Shown here piece after piece: positions 47,580 to 58,800 of a stretch of DNA of 64,000 bases. The DNA is taken from NCBI GenBank assembly GCA_964472395.1, contig CAYYMM010000007.1, positions 1,911 through 65,910 of the forward strand, given 5' to 3'. A program made the translations under genes and the position numbers. The notes beneath the pieces are model-generated. The model saw only the letters and a program-made list of their open reading frames with translations. It ran no database searches and was not told where the DNA came from. Numbering within the stretch: position 1 is the stretch's first letter; every line of letters starts with the position of its first letter. This DNA comes from an uncultured bacterium (GTDB lineage: Bacteria; CSSED10-310; CALFER01).

Positions 47580-49087
47580 CCCGTGTGCCCCCCTTCCCCA
47601 TCAGTCGATCTATCACAACACGTTTCAGGAAGATCCGCACTGGAGTGAAGCATGGCACGAATACCGAAAAGATGCCTCCAGGCGATTTCCTTCGTGATGA
47701 TCAACACGAGACTGTACACCATCACCATGAGCGGTACGGCCGCCGCAAGCTTCAGATAACCCCTCAACGGCAGAAAGAATCCCACCGCATAGACAGACGC
47801 ACCTGCCATACAGGTGTTGATCCACGTCGAGAACCTGACGAGTGTGAAACCGGAATTTCTGAGATCTCGGAAGGCCATCATCATACCGATCAACCAGAAC
47901 ACACCCGCACCGATCGCCGCGCCTTCGATGCCGTACTCCGGAACCAGGACCGTCAACCCGCCGACTTCCAATCCGATCGTCAGAAGGGCTGTGCGGATGG
48001 ATCGTGACGGCAGGCCGCTTCCGGTTAGAAGGATGAACGAGATAAACATCATCGAGTAGAACACCTCGCCGATTGGCAGGATTCTGAGCGCGTACCGTCC
48101 CTCCCAGTACGCGTGCGGATAGACCAGTTGAAGCAACTCGGGTGCAAGCGCTGCGATTCCGGTCGCGATCAGGCAACTGTACAACAAGGTGACTCTCAGA
48201 ATCCGCTCGGCACGCAGTGCTGTTTTCCGGGTATCCCTTTCCATTCGACTTGATGAAATGAGAGGGAAGGCCACAAGTCCAATTGCGACGACGCAGATAT
48301 ATGGGATTCTGGAAAAAGTCTGAGCCGCCGTGTAAAAACCTGCCGATTCTCCCGAATACGCCGCCGGCATCAGGGCTTTGACTGCAAATAGATCGAGATT
48401 GAGCAGCAGATTGTTGAACAGTGTGATCAGCATCGTCGCACACTGAAAGTTGATCAGAATCCGGCAGGAGAACATACTCCCGATGGTGCGCGCCGGTACC
48501 TTTGATAACACCATGAATCCGATGCTGATGATGACCAGGGATGCGATCAGGTATCCCAGAAATGCCCCGGGCACTCCTTCGCCGAAAAACGCGAATGCCA
48601 GAACAAGAATCGTTTTCAGGAGTGCAAACGAAACATCCAGCGCTGACTGACGAGCAAACAGCCTCCGACCGTTTAACTCCCCCATCACGACACCATACAA
48701 TGCATACACGCATGGCAATAATGCACCGATCCGGATCAGACGTACCAGGCCGGGATCCTTCAAAACACCCGCGATCCAAGGTGCGGTCAGAATGATGGCG
48801 GCACAGAGAACCCAACCGAATCCGAATTGGAAGAACAACGCCGTACGGCGAATACTGGATTCCGAATACTCACCGGACGACACGAATCGCGAAATCGCCT
48901 GGATCGTGCCAACGATGACGGTCATGTTGAAAACATTGAGATATCCGAGAGCGACACCGAACTGACCAAATGCCGATGGTTCGTTCAGAATCCGAGGAAG
49001 GAAAAAGTAGATGGCGTATCCGGAAAGCATGAAGGCCAGTTTGGCCGCGGATAATGCGAGGAACCCGGAAGCTGCCGATTTCATCAT
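47576..49087 (-). CDS. Polysaccharide biosynthesis protein / MOP-superfamily (Wzx/MurJ-like) flippase
   Basis: 503 aa with ~12-14 hydrophobic helices and a MOP-like N-terminus. Confidence 0.65.
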   Translation of the reverse strand: MMKSAASGFLALSAAKLAFMLSGYAIYFFLPRILNEPSAFGQFGVALGYLNVFNMTVIVGTIQAISRFVSSGEYSESSIRRTALFFQFGFGWVLCAAIILTAPWIAGVLKDPGLVRLIRIGALLPCVYALYGVVMGELNGRRLFARQSALDVSFALLKTILVLAFAFFGEGVPGAFLGYLIASLVIISIGFMVLSKVPARTIGSMFSCRILINFQCATMLITLFNNLLLNLDLFAVKALMPAAYSGESAGFYTAAQTFSRIPYICVVAIGLVAFPLISSSRMERDTRKTALRAERILRVTLLYSCLIATGIAALAPELLQLVYPHAYWEGRYALRILPIGEVFYSMMFISFILLTGSGLPSRSIRTALLTIGLEVGGLTVLVPEYGIEGAAIGAGVFWLIGMMMAFRDLRNSGFTLVRFSTWINTCMAGASVYAVGFFLPLRGYLKLAAAVPLMVMVYSLVLIITKEIAWRHLFGIRAMLHSSADLPETCCDRSTDGEGGHTG

Positions 49088-49124
49088 TCAGTCAGCGGAT
49101 CCAACTCGATTCGAGGGCATCCGG

Positions 49125-51755
49125 TCATTGGGAAAACGATGACGGGAAGAGATGAAAACAACTCTCCGGCGCTCCGTCGAGAACAACCATGCACAGTTCG
49201 AGTGGTCCTTTCACCGGGAGACGACCCGGTTCGATCTCGAGCAGAAAACTTCCCGGCACCGATGGCGAATCATCCTCCGGGATAAACACAAGCTGTGCCC
49301 CGTCACCTTTCCATGTCGATTGTGTCGGCACCTGTTTATAATTGATCGGAATGCTGATCCGACCATTCACCCAGAGTTCAGCCGAGAGTTCGGTCCCGGA
49401 GAATGCCCCGGAAAACGTGATTTTCGCAGTGGCATTCGCCTCGATGTTCTCTGTTTTCCAACAGAACGTATCGACATCGTCGCCCTGACAAACCCGGTGC
49501 TCCGTTATGAGTTTCTGATCATCTCCGCCTGCATCGCTCGCATCGGGTTGTGTTGCCCTGCCGGCTATTGCACGAATCCGGGTCAGATCGAAATCCGCCG
49601 GTTGATGGCTCTGCTGGTGCTCCAACTCGATGCTTCTGCCTTCCGTGTCGATCAGGCGGAGCGTGAAGTACCAATCTCCGACCCCCTCACATGATCTCAC
49701 GAATACCTGATTCCACCCTTCCACAAGGACACAATCCCTTGTATCGACACGTGTCGACTGGAGGACGGTCTTTTCAAGAACCACTTGCCCGTTGATGGTG
49801 ATTTCGAATGGGTCGGGTGACCCGAAGACTTCAATCCGCGCGTGCTGAGTCTGCGAACTCTGGATATATGTGCAGGCCTTGCCGCAGCATTCCTCGGGAT
49901 TGTTCTGCGTTTGCGGGTCCTTTCGGGCAAAGAAACCGTTCAAATCCACGTTGATGAACTGATTGTCCATTCGCTGCCATTGGATCGGCCCATGCATTCC
50001 GTCATACTTCCGATCGGGATCGGTTGAATAATCTGGTTCCGATTGCACGAAAAATTCCTCGCGCGGGGTTCCGAACAACCCGAGAGCGCTCCATTCCGTC
50101 AGGAACTGTTTTCTCTTTTTCAGATCGATGATGACAAACTCGGTGACTCCATCGGGACCGATGATTTCCTTCTTGACGTCATACTCCTCGAAGTAATTCA
50201 CCTCATTGGGTCGAACTGCGAACAGAGTGGGTTTTTCGACATCATATCGTCTGAATTCATCCGGTTTGAACTCCTGATAGCCGGTTCTGCGACCGTTGAC
50301 CCAATCATTTGGATCTTTCCGGGTGTAGAACAGCGCAAAGATGTACGGCATGTTGACATCGGTGGCAGTCAGGAAGCGTTGAGGATAGTCATCCTTTACA
50401 GATTCCATGTATTCATACAGTTCGCGATACCCATACTGGAAGCCGTAAATACCTCGGGCGGATTGTTTATAGTAACTGCCGTAATACCGAGTCTGGTACG
50501 CTCGTACGTCGCGCACGACGCAGACCAGAAGGAAGCCGGTCAGAGACAAACCGATGAGGATTGCGAGCCATCGCCAGCGGATGCGCATGATCCAGGACAA
50601 CGCGGTTACACAGGTGAATGCACCCAGAATTGCGGGCAGGGGGCTGCCGATGATCGAACGGGTCGCCGACATTTCCTCGTGCATCAGCGCCGCCCCTATG
50701 GGAAATGTCATCAGCCACCATAGCATCATCAATCGGAAACGAGACGGCGTCCAGGAAATCAGTCCGAGACCGCCAAGGATAAGTGGAAAGAATGACCAGT
50801 ACAGCTCCCCATGACCACTGACTGAATGACGGATCAGCGGATCACCCGTACGAAAAAGAAAATCAACCCCGTAGTAACCCTGGTAGTTTTTCAGGAAGAT
50901 GTCTGCTTTTTCCTTGAGGGGTTTGTCTTGAATGACCCACGAGTTCCGTTTGAAATACTGGTCTGTGCGAGGTTTTGTCAGGTTGAAGTGGACGAATGGG
51001 GCCACAGTAAGAAGGATGATCACGATTCCGGAGAAAAAGCTGAGTTTATGTTTGAGGATATCCTTGAAAAATAGAACGAAAACTCCTCCTAGGAAAAGCG
51101 GCACAAAGAGATTCGCGATCGCGTAACTGTATGGAGTCAACCCGAAAAGGAACATGGCAACTGCCCAGTTGAAGCCTCCCCGACGAATGGCACGAACTAG
51201 AAAAACCATTCCGATCATGAACAGACATGGAAACGAGATCAACTCAAAGGCGATGCGACTCATATGGATATGCCAAGGGGTTACAGCCAGAAAAAAACTG
51301 CCGAAAAGGGCTGCTGTCGCGCCCCACAACTCATTGATCATCCAGAATAGCGCCAGGACTGTGATCCATCCGAACAACACGCTCGTGAGTCGAAGCGACA
51401 TTTCAGATAGACCAAACACCTTGATCGGGAACATCGCGGCATATATAAAAACCGGGTTCTTGTAGCTGACGAACGACCATGAGAACAACGGCCATCGAAC
51501 ACCGTTCTCATCGATTCCGTAGTTTGCGAGTGCAAATGCGTTGTACCCCAGTCCGGCTTCATCGCAATACAATCCGGCGGGGACATCACCGACTCTGTAG
51601 AAGCGAATGCCGAAGGCGAGTGCGGCAATCAGGATCAAGAAGAACCAGTGACATGGCCGAAGACGACGACTGAAAATCAGACTCGCATCCGCGTCAACGT
51701 CCGCACCGAGCTGATCGAGATATTCTTGCGGAGGAGTTGTATCGATCGCTTGCAT
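49125..51755 (-). CDS. GT-C-fold glycosyltransferase (ArnT/PMT, GT39/GT83-like) with large C-terminal periplasmic domain
   Basis: First-loop motif FYRVGDVPAGLYCDEAGLGYNAFALANYGIDENG; multi-TM N-terminal half; ~450-aa soluble C-terminus. Start chosen at MQAIDT (ORF track extends to 51872). Confidence 0.65.
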   Translation of the reverse strand: MQAIDTTPPQEYLDQLGADVDADASLIFSRRLRPCHWFFLILIAALAFGIRFYRVGDVPAGLYCDEAGLGYNAFALANYGIDENGVRWPLFSWSFVSYKNPVFIYAAMFPIKVFGLSEMSLRLTSVLFGWITVLALFWMINELWGATAALFGSFFLAVTPWHIHMSRIAFELISFPCLFMIGMVFLVRAIRRGGFNWAVAMFLFGLTPYSYAIANLFVPLFLGGVFVLFFKDILKHKLSFFSGIVIILLTVAPFVHFNLTKPRTDQYFKRNSWVIQDKPLKEKADIFLKNYQGYYGVDFLFRTGDPLIRHSVSGHGELYWSFFPLILGGLGLISWTPSRFRLMMLWWLMTFPIGAALMHEEMSATRSIIGSPLPAILGAFTCVTALSWIMRIRWRWLAILIGLSLTGFLLVCVVRDVRAYQTRYYGSYYKQSARGIYGFQYGYRELYEYMESVKDDYPQRFLTATDVNMPYIFALFYTRKDPNDWVNGRRTGYQEFKPDEFRRYDVEKPTLFAVRPNEVNYFEEYDVKKEIIGPDGVTEFVIIDLKKRKQFLTEWSALGLFGTPREEFFVQSEPDYSTDPDRKYDGMHGPIQWQRMDNQFINVDLNGFFARKDPQTQNNPEECCGKACTYIQSSQTQHARIEVFGSPDPFEITINGQVVLEKTVLQSTRVDTRDCVLVEGWNQVFVRSCEGVGDWYFTLRLIDTEGRSIELEHQQSHQPADFDLTRIRAIAGRATQPDASDAGGDDQKLITEHRVCQGDDVDTFCWKTENIEANATAKITFSGAFSGTELSAELWVNGRISIPINYKQVPTQSTWKGDGAQLVFIPEDDSPSVPGSFLLEIEPGRLPVKGPLELCMVVLDGAPESCFHLFPSSFSQ

Positions 51756-51970
51756 CTTTGTTTGAGTCTCCACTGTTGTCCTTGATGACCTCCTCAATCG
51801 AAGCAGTAAAAAGCTCGTTAGAATAGCGTACCATACATTTGCTTCGCAATCGACAGCAACGGTATACATCATGTCATTGTTCCGAACTCCGGATTTTTAC
51901 GGCACAAATCCGATGGTTATGCTATTGTGGAATGTCGTCAATGTCTGACTGGAACGCCGAGGGCATTTTC

Positions 51971-52921
51971 ATGAAACTCGTGATCCAAATCCCCTGCTTC
52001 AATGAAGAAGCCAACCTCGCACGCACCATACGCGATCTTCCGGATCGGATCGATGGGATCGATTCGATCGAGATTCTGGTGATCGATGATGGATCGACAG
52101 ATCGCACGATTTCGGTTGCGCGCGAGTCAGGTGTGCATCACGTCCTCCCACTCAACTCACATCTCGGACTCGCCCGTGCATTTTCGGAGGGAATCCGGTA
52201 TAGCATCTATCAACTTCAGGCCGACATCATCGTCAACACCGACGCCGACAACCAGTATCAGGCAAGCTTCATTCCGGATCTGATCCGGCCCATCATGGAC
52301 AACATCGCGGATATCGCAGTCGGATGTCGACCGATTCATCGAATCCCGCATTTTTCAACCAGCAAAAAGCTCCTTCAGAAAACCGGAAGTGCCCTGGTCC
52401 GATTCCTGACCGGTTTCAAGGTAGATGATGCGGCCTCGGGATTTCGGGCTTACAACCGTCGCGCGGCACGACGCATCAAGATCGTTTCGGATTTCACTTA
52501 CACGATCGAATCGCTGATTCAGGCCAGCCGAAGTGGCTTTCGCTTGAGGTCCGTTCCGATCGAGATCAATCCGCCCGTTCGCCCGAGCCGCTTGTTTCGA
52601 GGAGCATTTGGATACATTACCCGGCAGATCATGACCATGTTACGAATTTGGGCACTTTACAGCCCTGTCAAGCTGTTCGTCCGCACCGGTGTTCTCAGCC
52701 TGGTATTGGGAAGCGGGCTTCTCCTTCGCTTTGTCTATTATTACCTCATTTCCTGGCCGGAACCATCCGGCAAAGTTCAATCGCTCATCATCTCCAGTGT
52801 GTTTTTGATGTTTGGGCTGTTCCTGGTCCTGATCGGAGTCATTGCCGATCTGCTCGCGGTCAATCGCAGACTGACCGAGGAAGTGATTGATCGGCTGGAC
52901 GAGATTGATTTCAAGGAATGA
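51971..52921 (+). CDS. GT2-family polyprenol-phosphate glycosyltransferase (ArnC/GtrB-like, with 2 C-terminal TM helices)
   Basis: MKLVIQIPCFNEEANLARTI...ILVIDDGSTDRT...DADNQY, and C-terminal TM helices (VLSLVLGSGLLL..., FLMFGLFLVLIGVIADLLAV). Confidence 0.8.
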   Translation: MKLVIQIPCFNEEANLARTIRDLPDRIDGIDSIEILVIDDGSTDRTISVARESGVHHVLPLNSHLGLARAFSEGIRYSIYQLQADIIVNTDADNQYQASFIPDLIRPIMDNIADIAVGCRPIHRIPHFSTSKKLLQKTGSALVRFLTGFKVDDAASGFRAYNRRAARRIKIVSDFTYTIESLIQASRSGFRLRSVPIEINPPVRPSRLFRGAFGYITRQIMTMLRIWALYSPVKLFVRTGVLSLVLGSGLLLRFVYYYLISWPEPSGKVQSLIISSVFLMFGLFLVLIGVIADLLAVNRRLTEEVIDRLDEIDFKE

Positions 52922-55899
52922 TATCGATGAAGACGCTTTCCCGAGCTATGTCCCTTTATCTACTGATCGTCATCCTGACGGCATGCAATACCTCCCCCGA
53001 ACTTCGGAAAATCCAGAACCGTCAATTGCAGCAGATCGGATCAGCCGGATCCGAACCGGGTGAGTTTCAGGAACCCCGTGGGCTTCATGCCGGACCGGAT
53101 CAAACACTTATCGTAACAGACTTCCGGAACTATCGGATTCAGCAAATCGATCGGAACGGGAAAGCGTTGCATTCGTGGGGGAGCAAGGGAAACGGCCCCG
53201 GAGAATTGAACGATCCGGCTGACGCTGTGATGGATTCGGAGGGGAATCTATATGTCGTCGACACGTGGAATCATCGTATTCAGAAGTGTCTGGCGAACGG
53301 AGAATGGCAACTGAATTGGGCTTCCGGAACGGATTTTTACGCGCCTCGCGGCATCGCGGTCGACTCGAATAAAAAGGTCTATGTTGCGAATACCAGCCAA
53401 CACAATATCAAAGTGTTCAACTCGACCGGAAAACTCCTTGCGACCTGGGGATCCAAGGGAACAGCGCGGGAGCAATTTCATGATCCGGTCGGCCTGGCTA
53501 TTGGCCCCGACGGCAATCTCTATGTCGCCGACACCGGGAACCATCGACTCAAAGTTATCGGACCGGGTGGGCAGGTGCTCAGTGTCTTTCCAATTCCGGA
53601 TCTTGATGGAGAGGCGTTCAACGAGACATTTGTTTCGGTCGGACCGGATGGAAAGATCTTCCTGTCTGTGCCCCAGCTCAATCACATTCTCGTCCTGAAC
53701 ACCGACGGATCGATTTTCAGTCGTTTTGGGAAGAAGGGAGGAGGACCGGAAGAGCTTTTCTATCCGACAGGAATCCTGGTCGACGAGAGTCAGTCCATCT
53801 ATATCTCGGATTCACTGAACCATCGGATAGTCAAATACACCTATCCATCCCCATTGGTTGCTCAGACACCCACGAAGCAGTCCACTCTACATCGGATTCT
53901 CTCAATCACCCGAATCGTCCTGGATCTCATCGCCCTGATTATTGTAATCGTCGCGCTGACCCGGAAACTACGCTCACGAAATAGGCATGTTTTATCACTC
54001 GAGAAAACACGAGAACCGTCAAAGATTCAGTTAAAAATCCGGAAGATGTCTGGATACCCCAAAACACTTCTGATGCTGTTTCTGTCAGGATCGACAGCTG
54101 TCGGAGTGTCACTTTGGCTATATTCGATCGATAAGCCCGGATTGGCATCGATTATCGCAGTTGTCGGGCTTGTTCTGATTGCTCTGCAGGAGATGCCGCG
54201 GACAAATAGCGAGTCTTTTCCTCGTGAATCACGGGACATGACCCGAAATCGTGTTCTGATGCTCACGTTGATTCTATTGTGCATCACGGTGCTGTTACGG
54301 GTTTACCGGTTTGACGAGATCCCTTGGGGAATAAACAACGACGCGGCTTGGAATGGCACGTTTGCACGTCTGTTTCTGGACGGGAAAGAACCGTACACCC
54401 CATTCACCGATCAGGCATGGGGCAAGGAAACCATGTACTTCTATCTCGTGGCACTGAGTTTTAAGTTATTCGGGATCAGTCGCACAACATTGCTTCTCCC
54501 CGGCCTCGTGATCAGCATTCTGACCGTTCCAGTACTGCTCCTGTTTTTAAAAAAATTATTCGGATGGCGGTTTGCATTCATTACGGCGTTTGTATTTTCT
54601 GCAACTGCCTGGAACATCGTGTTTTCCAGGACCGGGTACCGCGCAGTCCAGGCTCCGCTGTACCTGTTGCTGACACTCGGGTTTTTCTATCTCGCCGCCG
54701 ACACCTCTCGTTGGTATCACAAACTTCTTTACTATAGTGCCGCAGGATCATCACTCGGAATCGGATTGAATACTTACTTTTCATTCAGAGGCATCCCCAT
54801 TCTGATGATCGTGATCGGAATCTTCACCTGGATTGAACACCGACACTTCATGCGCAAAAACTGGTGGGGCCTGGTATTGTTCCTGCTCTTCGCAATTCTA
54901 TTCTTTACACCTCTGGCCATTTATGCATACCACAACTACTCGACATTCATGGCGCGTTCCAATTTCCTGTTTGTTGGGAAGAAGATTCAGGAGTCCGGAT
55001 CACTCACCCCGCTATTCGACAACATCTACAGAAATTTTCTGGTGTTCACGTACAAGGCGAAAGTCGGCAACTTCTTCAACAATGACTGGCCCATCATCAC
55101 TCGGTTTCTGGCCTTCTTCGCGCTGATCGGCAGTGCGGTCCACGTGCGGCATTGTTTCTGTCGCGGATCGTTCACGACCTTGATGATTTTCTGTTTCGGC
55201 ATTCTTCCAGCTGTTTTATCGGAACCCGATGCTGCACGGGGGATCATGAGTCCCATCGCGATCGCCATTTTCGCAGCAACCGGAATCGTCAGCATGCTGA
55301 GACTTTTACCGCGTTCGACCCCGAATCTGCTTCAGAACTCTGTGCTTGCCATGATTGTACTCGCAATCATGTGCTTTGAGAGTCACTTTTACTTCGTCAG
55401 GCTTGGGACGAATTACTTCGCTCAGTACGGATATGCCTGTAAAAACACTCAGATTGGCATAACGGCTTCGGAACTCGCAAAGAACAACCAGATTTACATA
55501 TCCCAGGCACACTTTATCGACACACCCAAATTCCTCTGTTATGGAATCCCTGGAGACATTTTTGGGATTACGAATGGTGAGGTCATCGAGGTTGTGTCGG
55601 ATGACACACTTATGAAAAACCTGCAGCGTATATTAAATACACCGGTTCCAAAGGGGAAAGGTCTGGCATTCATTCTCGAGAGTCATCACAAGAACGACCC
55701 CATATTTGAGGCGATCCGTGAATCCCAACCGGACGGTGAGTACAAGGTGTTTCGCGATAAAAGACTCGGGATCGAGCCAATTTACTATACATACGTCGTT
55801 CCAGCAGACAAAGTCCGTCGTATAGGGAGCGAATCAATCGATCCGGCTAATGAGCAGGACTCTGAAAATCCTACCGAGGTGGATTCGGAATCTTTGTGA
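52918..55899 (+). CDS. Lipoprotein with N-terminal NHL-repeat beta-propeller fused to a C-terminal GT-C-like polytopic membrane domain (993 aa)
   Basis: Lipobox LTACNT; NHL repeats (VVDTWNHRIQK, YVANTSQHNIKVF, YVADTGNHRLKVI, YISDSLNHRIVKY); then >=10 TM helices with an ArnT-like first loop (RVYRFDEIPWGINNDAAWN). ATG overlaps the upstream GT2 stop. Confidence 0.7.
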   Translation: MISMKTLSRAMSLYLLIVILTACNTSPELRKIQNRQLQQIGSAGSEPGEFQEPRGLHAGPDQTLIVTDFRNYRIQQIDRNGKALHSWGSKGNGPGELNDPADAVMDSEGNLYVVDTWNHRIQKCLANGEWQLNWASGTDFYAPRGIAVDSNKKVYVANTSQHNIKVFNSTGKLLATWGSKGTAREQFHDPVGLAIGPDGNLYVADTGNHRLKVIGPGGQVLSVFPIPDLDGEAFNETFVSVGPDGKIFLSVPQLNHILVLNTDGSIFSRFGKKGGGPEELFYPTGILVDESQSIYISDSLNHRIVKYTYPSPLVAQTPTKQSTLHRILSITRIVLDLIALIIVIVALTRKLRSRNRHVLSLEKTREPSKIQLKIRKMSGYPKTLLMLFLSGSTAVGVSLWLYSIDKPGLASIIAVVGLVLIALQEMPRTNSESFPRESRDMTRNRVLMLTLILLCITVLLRVYRFDEIPWGINNDAAWNGTFARLFLDGKEPYTPFTDQAWGKETMYFYLVALSFKLFGISRTTLLLPGLVISILTVPVLLLFLKKLFGWRFAFITAFVFSATAWNIVFSRTGYRAVQAPLYLLLTLGFFYLAADTSRWYHKLLYYSAAGSSLGIGLNTYFSFRGIPILMIVIGIFTWIEHRHFMRKNWWGLVLFLLFAILFFTPLAIYAYHNYSTFMARSNFLFVGKKIQESGSLTPLFDNIYRNFLVFTYKAKVGNFFNNDWPIITRFLAFFALIGSAVHVRHCFCRGSFTTLMIFCFGILPAVLSEPDAARGIMSPIAIAIFAATGIVSMLRLLPRSTPNLLQNSVLAMIVLAIMCFESHFYFVRLGTNYFAQYGYACKNTQIGITASELAKNNQIYISQAHFIDTPKFLCYGIPGDIFGITNGEVIEVVSDDTLMKNLQRILNTPVPKGKGLAFILESHHKNDPIFEAIRESQPDGEYKVFRDKRLGIEPIYYTYVVPADKVRRIGSESIDPANEQDSENPTEVDSESL

Positions 55900-58800
55900 T
55901 CATGTGGCGGTGTGTTTCGACGACTAGGATAGACCCGTCAGGCAGAACCGAGAGTCCCATGGGAAGTGTCAGGCGACGTCCATCCGGTCGCTGATCGACC
56001 GTTTTCAGCAGAGTTCCGTTCCGATCTGTGACATACAAGCGATTGGCGTTGGGATCAGATATCCAAACCTGATCTTGCTGATCGACGACGATGTATGGTT
56101 CGACGAACACGTTTCCCTCCCAACCATTAACAGGCCATTCCCGGAGGTAGTTCAATTCCGAATCGAACACTTGAACACGTCTGTTCTTTGCGTCATTCAC
56201 GAACACCTCACCTTTACTCACACAAATACCGATCGGTTCGACAAACTGGGACGGTCCCTTTCCCAGGGTTCCGATACTTTTAACGAGCTTACCCTGAGTG
56301 GTGAGTTTGACGATTCGGTTGCGTCCTGAATCCGCGACATACAAAAAGCCGTTTCCGTCGGCTGTCAATCCTCTCGGATAGAAGAAAGCGCCGTCGGCAT
56401 CACGCCATTCGCTTATATACTGACCATCATGATCGTATTTCTGGATTCGATTGTTAAATGTATCAAGAACATAAACACCAGCCTTGTCGACGGCAATATC
56501 ACACAGATCGTTGAATCCTTTGTCCTCTTCCGATATCGGACTTTCCCATAAGAAGAGAAAGTTACCCAGATTATCGAATTTCTGCACGCGGTGATTTCGG
56601 AAATCTGCGATGTAAACGAATCCTTCGGAGTCGACATCGAGCGATCGGGGTTCACGGAACTGACCTCTCGCTTCTCCCTCACCACCTTGATACATCGTTC
56701 GCGGCGGGCTGTTTCGGATCTGTTCGATCCGGGCGAGTTCCGCCTGTCGTTCCTGCTCGATACGATCGGCCTCCTCCTGGATCAGACGCTGTTGCAGTTC
56801 GGCAAGTGCGTCATTCCCCGAGGCGACCTTCGCGAAATCCACATTGATACCGTAGTCATTTACCTGATAGATGATCACTTCACTGTTCGCGTAGACCGGA
56901 GTCATGTAGTCGGTCAGTTCACTAAATTTATTCAGTCCGGTCTCCGAGTACTGCTTCCGCTCGGTCTTGCCTACAAAAATCAGGTTGACATTGTAGTTCC
57001 GCAGATGTTCGAGTACCAGAGGGATGTCGAGGCTGTCATAAATTGTCTTGATCCCAATCTTGATGCGACCTGTATCGCGTTTATACTCCCGTTGATCCAC
57101 ATGGCTCCACCAACCGAGCACAGTCGGGATCCCCGTATTTGCCGAAATCCGTCCGAACTCGTACAGGTAATCCGCGCCCGTCGCCTCAAGAATCACTGCA
57201 TCGGATGGAGCATTTCTGCTCAACCACTCGATCGCTCTGTATTCCTGCTGCAATCGCCCAGTTTTCATATAGGCGTGACCATCGAGTGTAAGAGGAAGTT
57301 TCTCACGCGCGTATTCATCATGATGACGTCGGGCATACGGTCCCATAACTGTGAAGATCAGCGCTGAACCTAGAAAGAAAAGAAATACAAGATTCCACGC
57401 CCATCCTGCGGCGCGATGCCGCAAACCGGATCGGGTCGCCGCGAACATTCGCACCCGGCGTCTGACACCAACGAGATATGATGCGACAAGAGCGAAGAAG
57501 AACCAGGCCTGCATGTAGAATTTGAATATCGTGTTGAACCGTCGATGATCACCACCCTGATAGAAATCCTTTATGTAAACGATTTCACATCCGGCGGTAA
57601 TCGCGAATGCCATGAACGATATTAGGTAGACAAATCGTCGATCCCCATCCTGCAGTTCTTTTGAACCGAGATACACGATCAGACCGATCATCCCAAGGCT
57701 GTACAGAAAAACGGAATAGTCGATCTTCAAGAAGAAGAGACCGCCGAGCAACATGACGATCAAAATGGCCACGTACGAGAATCCGATGCCGAACACCCGC
57801 ATCAGCGACCGACCTCGACCTCGTTCATATCCGATCCAGATCTTGATTAGAATTGTAGTCAGAATAAACAGGTAGAAACCGAACATGGTGAAAAAGCCAT
57901 CGAAATTCGTCGTTTGTTTATGCTCGAACAGAAAGCCGATTCCCATGTCCTTGCGGGAGAAATGCATCAGATACGGGAGATACAGAGCAATGCTGACGCC
58001 GATCAGAATCAACCATGGGAGGAGAATCTGAGAAAAATTGCGCTTGATGGGTATTGCACCCAGGAGATGGCTGATCATGGAGACCGTATCACGGAAAAAC
58101 GCAACAGGGAATCGTAATCCGCGACGGGCTTTGGTGGGAACAGGTTGAGGAAACTCCTCGACCGGAGCGAGCGCAAGAATTTCCTGCTCCATTCGATCCG
58201 GAATCTGATCAGACTCCTCGGGTTGATCGGTATCATTAACCGGGTTGACCGGTTCCGTGCCCGGAGCTACGGTAACAATCTCTTGAACCTCAACAGGTTC
58301 GATCGCAAGCGGAATAGCCTCTTCACAAACAGTCTGAGTCCGATTTTCGAGTTCGACTGTCTCAACGGATGCCGGTGTCGCCGCGGTTATGGGTATGATC
58401 TCCTCGACAAGTGAAGATTCAGGTGTTGCTGCAGCAGGAGGCAACTCTTCGGAAGTAACCGGTTCAGGCAGCGGTTCAATCGGAAGTTCGGCGGATTTCC
58501 GATATTCGACTTTCGTGGAACGCGGCCAGAAGAACATGAGAATCAGGAGTACCAGAAGCAGGTAAGTGGGGTAATCCCAGCTGTTCGTTGGAATCATGGC
58601 GCCGAATCCGATACCCGCGACCAGAACGGTACACCAGGCTGTGATTCCGGATCCGAAGATACCGCTTTGATTGATCTTGTTTCTGTAAAAGACGAATACG
58701 AGTGCCAGGCAGAACGTTGCGATGAACGTAGCGATGGTGTGTGCGTGCAGATCCATGAAATTATAGCTCCAGAATGGAAATTCATGGACCGTCGGATTGA

